Under the pieces are notes generated by a model, which searched no databases, was not told the DNA's origin, and saw only the letters and a list, made by a program, of their open reading frames with translations. Positions 1 through 9,470 of a stretch of 64,000 nt of DNA are shown in pieces. The position numbers and the translations under genes are program-made. The stretch spans positions 2,912,001 to 2,976,000 of the forward strand of contig OY762897.2 of NCBI GenBank assembly GCA_963666515.2. Reading direction: 5' to 3'. The first letter of the stretch is position 1. Each line of letters starts with the position of its first letter. Source of the DNA: Candidatus Binatia bacterium (GTDB taxonomy: Bacteria > Desulfobacterota > Binatia > UBA9968 > JAJDTQ01).

Positions 1-1660
1 GCGTAGTCAACGTCGGGGACGCTGCATCTCTCTACAAGTTGCTCATCGAGAACACCAATCCCGACTTCGATGTCGAGCGGGAGATGGGGTTCGCGGCTCG
101 GTTGTTCAACGACGTGGACCGGCCGGACTCGACCGTGAACATCGTGATCGTCGCCCGGCGCTTCATTGCCGGCTGGAACTCCTGGCGCGTGAGCACCATG
201 GGGCTGATGCATGTCGGCGTCGGTGAAGGGCCGGAGATCATCCAGATGTTCGGACGCGGCGTGCGCCTGAAGGGCTGGAACATGAGCCTGAAGCGACACC
301 GCAAGGCCGGCGTCGAACCGCCCGCGGACGGCGATCAACTGGCGGAACTGGAGAAACTCTACATCTTCGGGCTTCGCGCCAACTACATGCAGACCTTCCG
401 GGATCTGCTGGAAAAGGAAGGGATGCGGACTGAGCAGGAAACATTTTCCCTGCCCGTTACCTGGAACTTCGCCAAGAAGACGGACTTGAAGCTGATCCGG
501 CTCAAAGAGGACCGTAGATACGAGCTTTCCAGTGATCGACCGGTTCTACCTGACCCAAATGACGCCGGAAGCCCCTTCGTGGCGCTGGACCTTTACTCCC
601 GGCTTCAATCCGTTGCCTCTGACAGTGCTGCGACGGGCGAGGGAACAGGCGCCGATTCGGCCAGCCTCAAGCCCTACGCCTGCTTCTTCGACGTCTCTCG
701 CGTCTACGAGAGGCTGTTACGCCGGAAACAGCGGAAGGGATGGCACAACCTGCAGATCGAGCGAGGACGGTGGAGCGGCTACTACAGAGCGACGGTTGGT
801 ACGAGCTTTATCTGCCGCCGGAGCGGTTGAACGTCACCGAGTTCCGGCAGCTATTCGACCTGGAGAACATCGCCCTGGACCTGATCACCGAGTATGCCGA
901 CAGATTCTGGCGCGCAAGGCGCCGACGCTGGGAGCACGACGAGATCGAGGTTGTCACACTGGATGAGGACGACCCCAACAACACTGGAAGCTACGAGCTG
1001 TCGGTGGATACGACTGAGAACCAATTGGTGAAGGACGCCGGCGAGTTGGCATACGACGTCCGGGAAGGACGCTTCGACGACCTGAAAGACTGGTACGAGC
1101 ATCTGAAGATCGGCGTCGTTCGGACAAATGCCCATGCCTACCGACCCTTGCTGTATGTCCGGAAGGACCGCGTCATTACGATTCAACCCGTTCCCCTTGA
1201 CGAGAACGAAAAGCGTGTCGTCGAGGGCCTGGAAGAATTGGCCCGAAAGGGCGACGCCTGCCTGCAAGGCAAGGAGTTGTTCCTCATCCGTAACCTGACA
1301 CGCGGTCGCGGCATCTCGTTCTTCGACGACTTCGGGTACTACCCGGACTTCATCGTGTGGTTGAAAGAGGGAGTGCTTCAGCACGTTCTTTTCGTGGACC
1401 CGAAGGGATTGAGCCGCTTTGGCGAAAAAGAACGCCAAAAAGTGGACCTTCACCACGACATTGCGGCAATTGAAGAGCGGATGCGCCGAGACGACCCGAA
1501 CATCCGTCTGCGCGCGTATATCCTGTCTATCACTCCCGCCACGGAAATCGATGGCGGCAAACGCTCTGCGGACGATTGGAAAAAGGATGGGGTTTACTTC
1601 CTGAACGAGCGCGACTGTCTGAGACAGGTCATCGGACATGCGCTGGAAACGGTTCCTTGA
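1..1660 (+). pseudogene. Type III restriction enzyme Res subunit, C-terminal part; 5'-partial, frameshifted near 765
   Basis: Frame open from base 3 (VVNVGDAASLYKL) with helicase C-terminal motifs RRFIAGWNSWRVSTMGL and IIQMFGRGVRL. It continues in another frame (ORF 740-1660) to a PD-(D/E)XK nuclease motif YYPDFIVWL...FVDPKG. The frames join as LQIER-x-TVERLL if one base is added at 765-766. Could be a sequencing indel rather than a true pseudogene. Confidence 0.8.
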
Positions 1661-1798
1661 GGCTGATGGCCACCATGTAGCTACGGAACACTCGAAGGCA
1701 GCGCTGCAGACCACGAGCCAAAAGCAATGGAATAAAGGGCACGGCGTAGACCGTAAGACCTTCAACTCGGCTGTGATTGACACTTTGAGAGTATTCGG

Positions 1799-2923
1799 AT
1801 GATGTTGTCTGATCAACTTACGAGCCTCGCAGACCGCCTAGATCGAGTGACTGTACAGAGTTCTACGATTGAAGAAGCAATCCTACGTCTGGAAAGGTCC
1901 GCGACAGCCGTTGGCAAAGCCTGGAGCGGGTCACCGCTCGGCTACCACTCAAGCGTATACTACCAGGGGTTGACGACACCCCCGCCAGAGGCACTTTTTG
2001 ACCCGGAATGGGGTTTCATGGACGCGTACTTCAGTAATCGTACCAGTGGAAACTGGATGAAGTTTGACCCAGACGAGGTTCGAGCCACCATTTATTCCCG
2101 TGCGGGCAACGCCGACATAGACACACTGCGGAAATTTGACACGGAGGCACAAGCCGAATTTAATGACTGCAAAATGAGCTTGCTCTCTATACTTCAAACG
2201 GCAATGACCAACCAAAGCGATCCATTCTTGACAAACCTCAAGAACAAGATCGAGAAGTTGCCGATCCTCTCCGCGACAGCAGCAACGAAGGTGCTGACGC
2301 CCTCTGGGGAGTTTGTGTCCCGCGATACCACCGCCCTTTCCCAGGGAATCAAGCTACCCCCTCATTTGTACGTGTTGGCGGAAACCGTCGCATTCAAGAA
2401 TACGCTAGCAATAGTCAAGGACCTAGCGCGAGTATCCAAGCAAGCTAGCGAACATGTCTCACGTCAGGAGGCTCACCTAGTGACGACGGGTATCAACGGG
2501 ACAAAAATCTTTATCGGTCACGGCCGTTCACTGATTTGGCGGGAGTTGAAAGACTTTATTGCCGACCGTCTGAACCTTCAGGTAGACGAGTTCAACAGAG
2601 TGCCTGTTGCAGGGATAACTAATATTGATCGTTTAAGAGAAATGTTGGACACGGCAGCTATTGCTTTTCTCATTATGACCGGCGAAGATGAGCAACGGGA
2701 CGGTAAACTTCAGGCTCGCATGAACGTCGTCCACGAGGCGGGCCTGTTTCAGGGTCGGCTTGGATTTCGTCGGGCTATTGTCCTGCTGGAAAAGGATTGT
2801 GAAGGGTTCAGCAATATTGAGGGACTCGGACAGATACGATTTTCAAAGGGTAACATCAAGGAGGCATTCGAGGACATCCGTCAAGTTCTTGAACGTGAAG
2901 GACTATTGCAAGTCGTATCGTAA
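1799..2923 (+). CDS. TIR-like nucleotide-binding domain protein (Cap12/Pycsar-type TIR) with an uncharacterised ~230-aa N-terminal domain
   Basis: The C-terminal KIFIGHGRS...IAFLIMTGEDE...ARMNVVHEAGLFQGRLG...FSNIEGL is the TIR-like signature, with the catalytic-position Glu. Visibly lower GC than the flanks. Confidence 0.85.
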   Translation: MMLSDQLTSLADRLDRVTVQSSTIEEAILRLERSATAVGKAWSGSPLGYHSSVYYQGLTTPPPEALFDPEWGFMDAYFSNRTSGNWMKFDPDEVRATIYSRAGNADIDTLRKFDTEAQAEFNDCKMSLLSILQTAMTNQSDPFLTNLKNKIEKLPILSATAATKVLTPSGEFVSRDTTALSQGIKLPPHLYVLAETVAFKNTLAIVKDLARVSKQASEHVSRQEAHLVTTGINGTKIFIGHGRSLIWRELKDFIADRLNLQVDEFNRVPVAGITNIDRLREMLDTAAIAFLIMTGEDEQRDGKLQARMNVVHEAGLFQGRLGFRRAIVLLEKDCEGFSNIEGLGQIRFSKGNIKEAFEDIRQVLEREGLLQVVS

Positions 2924-3189
2924 GCCATTAGAGTATGATCCGGTCATAGTTTGAACTGAGGCTGACCCTGCCAACGGGGACAGCGAAGCAACCGCCTTTC
3001 GACAATTTCGCCCCGATTCCATCCACCCTACGAAGGATACATGACCGCCATACCCTATTGACTCCCAAGTCGCGGAGCTGGATGTTGCATGAAACGAGGA
3101 GCCTTGCCGCTGTGTGAGATGTCCGTTCGCCCGACAACGACCTCCGTTCTCCCTGCCTCCTGCCACGATTCGCTTCCTCGGACAGGTTG

Positions 3190-5199
3190 CTACCCCCCGA
3201 ACAGCACCCCGTCCGCCCAAAGCACCTTGAACACGCCCTCGAAGAGGCCCCATATCAGCAAGAAGGCGATGGCGGCCATCAACAGGGCGACCCACAGCCG
3301 CTCCCTTCCTTCGACGAGGCAGTAGAGGAAGACGAAGAGCGGCACCGCCACGGTGATGCCCAGCAGCCACACGGCCAGCGCGGCGCCGACGAACCAGGCG
3401 AAGAACACCACGGTGCGCCGGCGTTCCAGCCTGCCGTCGAGTTCCCCACTGAACCCTTCGTCCATCTCGACGCCGCCGGCCGCGGCGGGCTCCCGCCCGG
3501 TGGTCACCCGGAAGAGTTGCCACAGTACCAGGGCGGCGCCCGGGACCGCCGCAATGTAGACCGGCATGAGCTTGGCGATGAACGGCCACTCGAAGCCTAT
3601 GCGGATGGCGAGCAGGAAGAACGCCAGGAAGCCGGCCACCAGCAGGGTCTCCCAGTTGACCCGGAAGGCCGTGGAGGTGCTCTCCCTGGCCCGCACTTCG
3701 GCGCCCGCCGCCCTCTCCTCGCCGCGCGCCCCCCGCTCCCTCCGGCTCCAGAGGGTGTAGCCCAGGGTCCCGGCGACGAGAATGAGGAGCACCAACACCG
3801 AGGGCCGCGCCAGCCACTCGAAGCCGTAGCGCGCATGGGAGATGTACAGGTACTTCTCCATGATGATGCCGAGGATCATGCCCAGGATGAGCGGCGGCCG
3901 GGGATAGCCGAAGCGCTTCATCAAGTAGCCGACGAAGCCGAACGACACCACCATGACGAGGTCCAGCGGGCTCTGGTTGGCGTTGAGCGCGCCGATGAGC
4001 ACGAAGCCCAGGATCGACGGAACGATGATGGAGTAGCGCAACTCCGCGAGCCTGGCGAGCTGGTTCGAGAAGACGAGCCCCAAGGCGCCGCCGATGACGC
4101 TGGCGATGCCCAGCACCCAGACGATGCTGTAGACCACGTCGGCGTTGCGCTCCAGCATGAACGGCCCGGGAGCGAACCCCATGGTGGTGAGAGCGAACAG
4201 GAAGAGGGCCGACACCAGGCTGCCCGGCACCCCCAGCGTGAGCGTCGGGATCAGGGTGCCGCCGTCCTTGGCGTCGTTGGAGGCCTCCGGCGCGATGACG
4301 CCGCGCACGTCGCCCTTTCCGAAGGTCTCCTTGGCGCCCTTGCAGGTCTGGGCCGCGTGCCCGTAGCTGAGCCAGTCCACCACCTGGGCTCCCAGGCCGG
4401 GGATGATGCCGACCCAGACGCCAAGGAAGCTGCACCGGACCACCAGCCAAAGGTTGCGGAAAGCGTCCCGGATGCCGTCCACGAGCCTCCCGGCCAGGGG
4501 CGCCGGCTCGCGCTCCACACCCACCTTGGCGAGCGCCATCTCCAACGCGGACGGCACTCCGAACAGCGCCAGCGTGGCCACGGTCAGCGGCACGCCCTCA
4601 AGCAGGTAGGGCTGGTCGAACACGAAGCGCATGACCCCGGACTGGGGCTGGATACCCACCACGGAGATGACCAGCCCCATGGCGCCCGCGATCAATCCCT
4701 TGAGGGGCCGCGGACCGGCCAGCACCGAGACCATGCTGACGCCCCAGAGCGACACCACGAACAGCTCGGGGGAGCCCAGGAACAGGATCAGCGCCTGGGC
4801 CACCGGGATGGCGGCGGCCAGCGTCAGGGTGCCGACCAGGCTTCCGAGGATGCCGGCGGTAAAGGCCGCGCCCAAGGCTCGGCGGGCTTGGCCGCCACGC
4901 CCCATGGGATAGCCGTCCAGCACCGTCGCCTGGGAGCCGGCGCCGCCGGGGATGCCGAACAGCACCGGCAGGTAGGCGCTGCAGGTGCTGCTGACCGCGT
5001 CCATGCCGATGAGGAAGGCGATGGCGACCAGCGGGTCCCACTGGGTCACCAGCGACAGGAACAGGGCGTACATCAGCGGCGTGCCCAGCCCCTGCGGCGT
5101 CACCGCGGTGAAGGTGCCGACGCCGATGCCGGCGAGCATGCCGATCAGAACGTTGAACGAGAGGAGATTTTGCAGACCCTGGAGGGCGGCTTCGAACAT
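3190..5199 (-). CDS. tctA: Tripartite tricarboxylate transporter permease TctA with a fused C-terminal TctB-like membrane domain
   Basis: TctA motifs LFGIPG...ATVLDGYPM, GVIAPEASNDAK, PTLTLGVPG; about 170 extra residues with 4-5 hydrophobic helices; adjacent to tctC. Confidence 0.85.
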   Translation of the reverse strand: MFEAALQGLQNLLSFNVLIGMLAGIGVGTFTAVTPQGLGTPLMYALFLSLVTQWDPLVAIAFLIGMDAVSSTCSAYLPVLFGIPGGAGSQATVLDGYPMGRGGQARRALGAAFTAGILGSLVGTLTLAAAIPVAQALILFLGSPELFVVSLWGVSMVSVLAGPRPLKGLIAGAMGLVISVVGIQPQSGVMRFVFDQPYLLEGVPLTVATLALFGVPSALEMALAKVGVEREPAPLAGRLVDGIRDAFRNLWLVVRCSFLGVWVGIIPGLGAQVVDWLSYGHAAQTCKGAKETFGKGDVRGVIAPEASNDAKDGGTLIPTLTLGVPGSLVSALFLFALTTMGFAPGPFMLERNADVVYSIVWVLGIASVIGGALGLVFSNQLARLAELRYSIIVPSILGFVLIGALNANQSPLDLVMVVSFGFVGYLMKRFGYPRPPLILGMILGIIMEKYLYISHARYGFEWLARPSVLVLLILVAGTLGYTLWSRRERGARGEERAAGAEVRARESTSTAFRVNWETLLVAGFLAFFLLAIRIGFEWPFIAKLMPVYIAAVPGAALVLWQLFRVTTGREPAAAGGVEMDEGFSGELDGRLERRRTVVFFAWFVGAALAVWLLGITVAVPLFVFLYCLVEGRERLWVALLMAAIAFLLIWGLFEGVFKVLWADGVLFGG

Positions 5200-5200
5200 G

Positions 5201-6265
5201 CTACTTGGGCGGTTGGTGGCCCAGGCGTTTGAACTCCTTCATGATCTCAGGATTCCAATCGGTGTATATCTTCACCGCCTCCCACACCTCGGCGCTGTCG
5301 GCCACACCGGCGTAGGGCCGGATGCCGACGAACTTCTCCCAGTCCTTCTTGAATGCGGGGTCCTTGCCCGCGGTCACCAGCGCCTTCTCGAAGGCGGCGC
5401 GGATGGGCTCGGGCGTTCCCGGCGGGAGCGCGACGCTGCCGCCCAGCCGGCTGGTGGCGTTCATCTTGCGGATGAGGTTCTTGTGGATCTCCTTGTCCGT
5501 GAACGTGATGAGCGCCGGCGTCTTGGCGAACAGCGGACCCGGTATGGGCGGGAGGTTCTCCGGCAGGCTCATGGCCACGTGGGCCACCACCTGCTGTTTC
5601 TCGATCCAGTCCGGCCGGTCGCGCTTGAACGACGCCGAGTCGTTCACCCGGCCATCGATCTCGCCCTTCTCCATGGCCAGGTACATCTCGGGCGTGGAGT
5701 AGCCCAGGACCCACCGGACCTTGAGGCCCAGCACCTCGGCCATCAGCCGGCCGTAGAGGTAGCTGCGATGGCCCACGCCCTGGGCGCCCAGCGCCACCTC
5801 GCGGCTGCGCAGGTCGTCGATGCTGTTGAAGCCGGACTTCTTCGTGGTGAAGAGCACGTTGCGCTGTTTGCCGGTCCGCACCGAGCCGATCCACTTGTAC
5901 TCACGAGGCTTGTAGGTGGCGCCGGGAGCGCCGAAGTAAGGCGCCTCCATGTCGGACGACACCACCACCGCGATCACGCTGCCGTCGGGCCTCGACTTGG
6001 AGAACTTGAGCTGGGCCGGAATCCCCTTGCCGCCGGGGATGTTCTGCACCAGGATCGTCGGCTGTCCCGGCAGGTTGGCGGCCAGGTGCCGGGCGATGGT
6101 GCGCGCGATCCGGTCCCGCCGGCCGCCGGGCCGCGTGCCCAGCATCATGGTGATGGTCTTGCCCTTGAAATCGGCCGCCACGGCCTGGCTCTTGTCGGCC
6201 AGCGCCGGCAACCCTACGTTCAACAGACCCGCGAACAGCAACGACGACAGAACGATACGCAACAT
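5201..6265 (-). CDS. tctC: Tripartite tricarboxylate transporter substrate-binding protein (TctC/Bug family)
   Basis: Signal peptide, FKGKTITMMLG..PGGRRD..AR..ARHL...LPGQP..VQNIPGGKG, LAMEKGEIDG. Confidence 0.85.
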   Translation of the reverse strand: MLRIVLSSLLFAGLLNVGLPALADKSQAVAADFKGKTITMMLGTRPGGRRDRIARTIARHLAANLPGQPTILVQNIPGGKGIPAQLKFSKSRPDGSVIAVVVSSDMEAPYFGAPGATYKPREYKWIGSVRTGKQRNVLFTTKKSGFNSIDDLRSREVALGAQGVGHRSYLYGRLMAEVLGLKVRWVLGYSTPEMYLAMEKGEIDGRVNDSASFKRDRPDWIEKQQVVAHVAMSLPENLPPIPGPLFAKTPALITFTDKEIHKNLIRKMNATSRLGGSVALPPGTPEPIRAAFEKALVTAGKDPAFKKDWEKFVGIRPYAGVADSAEVWEAVKIYTDWNPEIMKEFKRLGHQPPK

Positions 6266-6364
6266 GGTTCCTCCTCGGACGAATGATCGCAGGCAGTCTC
6301 ATGAATCGGCAGATGGTTGTCAAGACAACTTCGGCAAACACGGCTCTTTCCGGGATCCAGCACC

Positions 6365-6399
6365 TTGACTAAAGACGTCCCGACGTCTACTCTAAGTCC
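6365..6399 (+). promoter_or_regulatory. Sigma70-type promoter with a palindromic operator carrying two GACGTC sites; probably leaderless
   Basis: TTGACT (6365-6370), 17-nt spacer, TACTCT (6388-6393), ATG at 6400 and no Shine-Dalgarno. The spacer holds the inverted repeat AGACGTC-CC-GACGTCT (6373-6388). Confidence 0.65.
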
Positions 6400-7533
6400 A
6401 TGTCCAGAAACACCAAGAACCCGCCGGGCCGGGTACGTGACGCGATCCTGACCGTGCTCTCCGAATCGTCCACGCCACTGAGCGTCGCAACCATCATCGC
6501 GGAAGTCGGGAAACGGATCGAGGAGACACCGCCGTCTTCCGTTCGCTCATATCTCAGGTTGAACACCCCTGAACTGTTCATTCGAGAGAGTCGCGGAACG
6601 TATCGTGCAAGACAAGCCGCCCCGAGCCCGCGGCAACGATCCTTCCCCGAGATCGACGACAGGGAAGAGAGCTTCTTCTTTCAGAGGTCGGAGCTTCACC
6701 ACGACGATTGTTTCGCGTGGCTGGATCGGCAACCGCACAACTCGATTCACGCGGTGGTCACCGATCCCCCTTACGGCCTGCACGAATACACGCAGGAGCA
6801 GCAGCAAAAACTTCGCGCCGGGAAAGGCGGTGTATGGCGCATTCCTCCTGCATTTGACGGACACCAGCGTTCGCCGCTGCCCCGCTTCACGACGCTGGAC
6901 ACGGATCAACTCACCGAGATTCGGGATTTCTTCACCGCTTGGGCTCGCAGCCTGTTGCCGGTACTGGTGCCCGGCGCCAATGTCATCGTGGCGTCAAACC
7001 CGCTGGTTTCGCACATCGTTGCGACGGCGTTGTCTACCGGGGGACTGGAACGCCGAGGCGAGATCGTGCGGCTCACCATGACCATGCGCGGCGGCGACCG
7101 CCCGAAGGGCGCACATGAAGAATTTCGCGATATCAGCGTCATGCCGCGTTCCATGTGGGAACCCTGGCTCGTGTTCAGAAAACCGCTGACCGGGCGCGTG
7201 CAGGACAACCTGCGGAAGTGGAAGACCGGGGGTTTTCGTCGCCCGGAGCCGGGAAAGCCCTTTGGCGATGTCATCCCTTCGGCTCCAAGCCGCAGTGCGG
7301 AACGTAAGATCGCCCCGCATCCGAGCCTGAAACCCCAAGCGTTTCTCCGTCACCTGGTCCGGGGAGTCTTGCCGGTCGGCGAGGGCAGAATCCTGGACCC
7401 GTTCGCCGGAGCCGGATCCACGCTTGCGGCGTGTAATGCGGTGGGATACGAGAGCGTGGGCGTCGAGAAGGACCGGCACTATTTTTCGATGGCCGTCCGA
7501 TCCATTCCCAAATTGACGGACTACTTACGGTAA
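6400..7533 (+). CDS. Beta-class N6A/N4C DNA methyltransferase with an N-terminal winged-HTH-like domain
   Basis: VVTDPPYG precedes HPSLKP and ILDPFAGAGST (beta motif order). The N-terminal ~70 aa (RVRDAILTVL...LSVATII...SSVRSYLRLN...GTYR) looks like a wHTH. Confidence 0.88.
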   Translation: MSRNTKNPPGRVRDAILTVLSESSTPLSVATIIAEVGKRIEETPPSSVRSYLRLNTPELFIRESRGTYRARQAAPSPRQRSFPEIDDREESFFFQRSELHHDDCFAWLDRQPHNSIHAVVTDPPYGLHEYTQEQQQKLRAGKGGVWRIPPAFDGHQRSPLPRFTTLDTDQLTEIRDFFTAWARSLLPVLVPGANVIVASNPLVSHIVATALSTGGLERRGEIVRLTMTMRGGDRPKGAHEEFRDISVMPRSMWEPWLVFRKPLTGRVQDNLRKWKTGGFRRPEPGKPFGDVIPSAPSRSAERKIAPHPSLKPQAFLRHLVRGVLPVGEGRILDPFAGAGSTLAACNAVGYESVGVEKDRHYFSMAVRSIPKLTDYLR

Positions 7534-7691
7534 ATCCAGTTTCCGCGCAGTTTCCTGATGCCTTCGGCATGAAGGGTGGCCGTCCGGGTTCCAAGCTCAC
7601 CCCTTGGGTTCCTGCGAAAATCGTCGGTCGTCACGTGACCGAGATAGACTTCACTGAACGTCATCGGTCGGCGCTCGGAGGCCGGTTCCGT
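7521..7691 (-). pseudogene. C-terminal remnant of a gene convergent with the MTase, probably the cognate endonuclease
   Basis: The minus frame reads TEPASERRPMTFSEVYLGHVTTDDFRRNPRGELGTRTATLHAEGIRKLRGNWIYRK*. Its stop overlaps the MTase 3' end by 13 bp and it lacks an upstream gene body. Identity is inferred from context. Confidence 0.5.
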
Positions 7692-7748
7692 TTGCAGGGC
7701 GGGCCGTGCGTGAACACGACACCGGCAATGAGAAACCGCTCCCGGTAT

Positions 7749-9341
7749 TCAGCGGCTCGTTCCCGCGGCCACTTCGCTACGCAGGATCTTGCCCACGGGG
7801 CTCTTGGGAATCGACCTTGTAAACTCGATGCGGTACGGGATCTTGTAGTGCGCCAGCTCCTCCCGGAGGCTTTGGCGCAAGGTCTCGGACAGCTCGACCG
7901 AAGGATCATGACCGTCCGCGGGCACCACCACCCCCAGCACGCGGTTGCCGATCTCCGGGTCGGGCTCCGGCACCACCACCGCCTCGGCCACCGCGGGGTG
8001 GCGCTGCAGCGCGTTCTCCACCTCGGTGGGAACGAGGAACAGCCCGCGGGTCTTGAAGCAGTCGTCGCTGCGTCCGGCGATGAAGAAGTATCCCTCCTGG
8101 TCCCGGTACGCCAAGTCGCCGGTGTCGTAGACCCCGCCTTGACGGGCGGCGTCGGTGCGGCCGGGGTCGGCGTAGTATTCGAGGAAGAGGCCCGGGTCGT
8201 CGGTGGAGATTACAGTGCGTCCGACGACGCCGTCCGCAACGGTGCGGCCGTCGTCGTCGACGATGTCGATACCCACGTCCGGCGCGGGCACGCCGACGGA
8301 GCCCGGCTTCACCGGATGCCGCGACCCCTGTCCCACGACGAGTTGATACTCGGATACGCCGTAGTGCTCGTACATCTCGCAGCCGAAGCGCGACTTCCAC
8401 TGGCGGTACGTGGTTTCGCGAAGCGCCTCGCCGGTGGAGTGCGCGCCTCGGAGCGTGTGGATGTCGTAAGCCTCCTCGATTCCTTCGGTGGCCAGCATCC
8501 GGCGGTAGACCGTGGCCACGGAGTGGAGGACGGTGACGCCCAACGCCGCCACGTGCTCCAGCACGTTCTCGGGCGTGGCGCGGCCGGACAGCACCGCGCA
8601 GGTGACGCCGTTCCGGAGCGGGAAAAGCAGGTTGTGGCCGAGGGCGCTGATGAAACTCCATTCGCCGGTGGCCATCACCACGTCTCCGGGCTCCGGCGGC
8701 AGACGGTAGCGGTTCAGGTCGCCAAGGGCCACGATCCAGCGGTGCGCGTGGACGATGCACTTGGGCCTGCCGGTGGTGCCGGAGGTGCACACCATAAAGG
8801 CCGGCTCGTGGGCCGAGGTGTCCCTGGTGACGACCTCGTCCGGGGGCTCGCGGACAAGGGACTCGAAGGGTACTTCGTCACTCCGGGCCTCCCCCGCACA
8901 TACCAGGGTACGGAGGCCCATGGGCTCACGCAGGTCGCGAAGCGCTTGCACACGGCTACTCTCGGTCACGGCCAGCCTGGGCGCGGTCTGCTCCAGGATG
9001 GCCCGGACCTCCCGCACCCCCAGTAGCGAGTTGACCACCACGGGCAGGGCGCCGAGCTTCACGGCCGCCAGAAAGGCCGTGGCGAACTCCGGCGAGTTGG
9101 GCATCTGCACTAGCACCGGGTCGCCGGGCGAAACCCCAAGCTCTTTCAGGCCCCGAGCGAAACCGTCCACCCTGCCGCGAAGTTCTCGGTAGCTGACGGA
9201 GCCGCCGCGCCACAGCATGGCCGTGCGGTCTGTGCGGTCTCCATGACCGGCGGCAACCGCACGCTCCAGCACCTCGTCAGCGAGATTGAGCCGGAGAGGA
9301 ATCTCGCGATAGCCTTGCCAGGGGACTGGGAGGTCGGACAT
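7749..9341 (-). CDS. Acyl/aryl-CoA ligase (benzoate-CoA ligase-like AMP-binding enzyme)
   Basis: CTSGTTGRPK, EHYGVSE, YDTGDL, GRSDD, PKSPVGKILR motifs. Start placed at MSDLPV (9341) because the upstream ORF extension is a repeat. Confidence 0.88.
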   Translation of the reverse strand: MSDLPVPWQGYREIPLRLNLADEVLERAVAAGHGDRTDRTAMLWRGGSVSYRELRGRVDGFARGLKELGVSPGDPVLVQMPNSPEFATAFLAAVKLGALPVVVNSLLGVREVRAILEQTAPRLAVTESSRVQALRDLREPMGLRTLVCAGEARSDEVPFESLVREPPDEVVTRDTSAHEPAFMVCTSGTTGRPKCIVHAHRWIVALGDLNRYRLPPEPGDVVMATGEWSFISALGHNLLFPLRNGVTCAVLSGRATPENVLEHVAALGVTVLHSVATVYRRMLATEGIEEAYDIHTLRGAHSTGEALRETTYRQWKSRFGCEMYEHYGVSEYQLVVGQGSRHPVKPGSVGVPAPDVGIDIVDDDGRTVADGVVGRTVISTDDPGLFLEYYADPGRTDAARQGGVYDTGDLAYRDQEGYFFIAGRSDDCFKTRGLFLVPTEVENALQRHPAVAEAVVVPEPDPEIGNRVLGVVVPADGHDPSVELSETLRQSLREELAHYKIPYRIEFTRSIPKSPVGKILRSEVAAGTSR

Positions 9342-9354
9342 CGTTCGACGGCTA

Positions 9355-9434
9355 TGGATTCCAGCTTTCGCGGGAATCATCCATGGCCCTCCTCACCCCC
9401 TCCACTCCTGGATTCCGGCTTTCGCCGGAATGAC
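9355..9434. repeat. Two tandem REP-like palindromes (TGGATTCCnGCTTTCGCnGGAATnAn)
   Basis: TGGATTCCAGCTTTCGCGGGAATCAT (9355-9380) and TGGATTCCGGCTTTCGCCGGAATGAC (9409-9434); hairpins resembling the dRS3/RPE-4-type repeat. Confidence 0.75.
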
Positions 9435-9470
9435 GGGCTCGGGCCTTGTGCCGGTTCTCGTTGCCACCCC

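Noticed and set aside
1777-1805. TTGACA as a promoter for the TIR gene
   Set aside because: The matching -10 would be poor and would overlap the predicted start codon.
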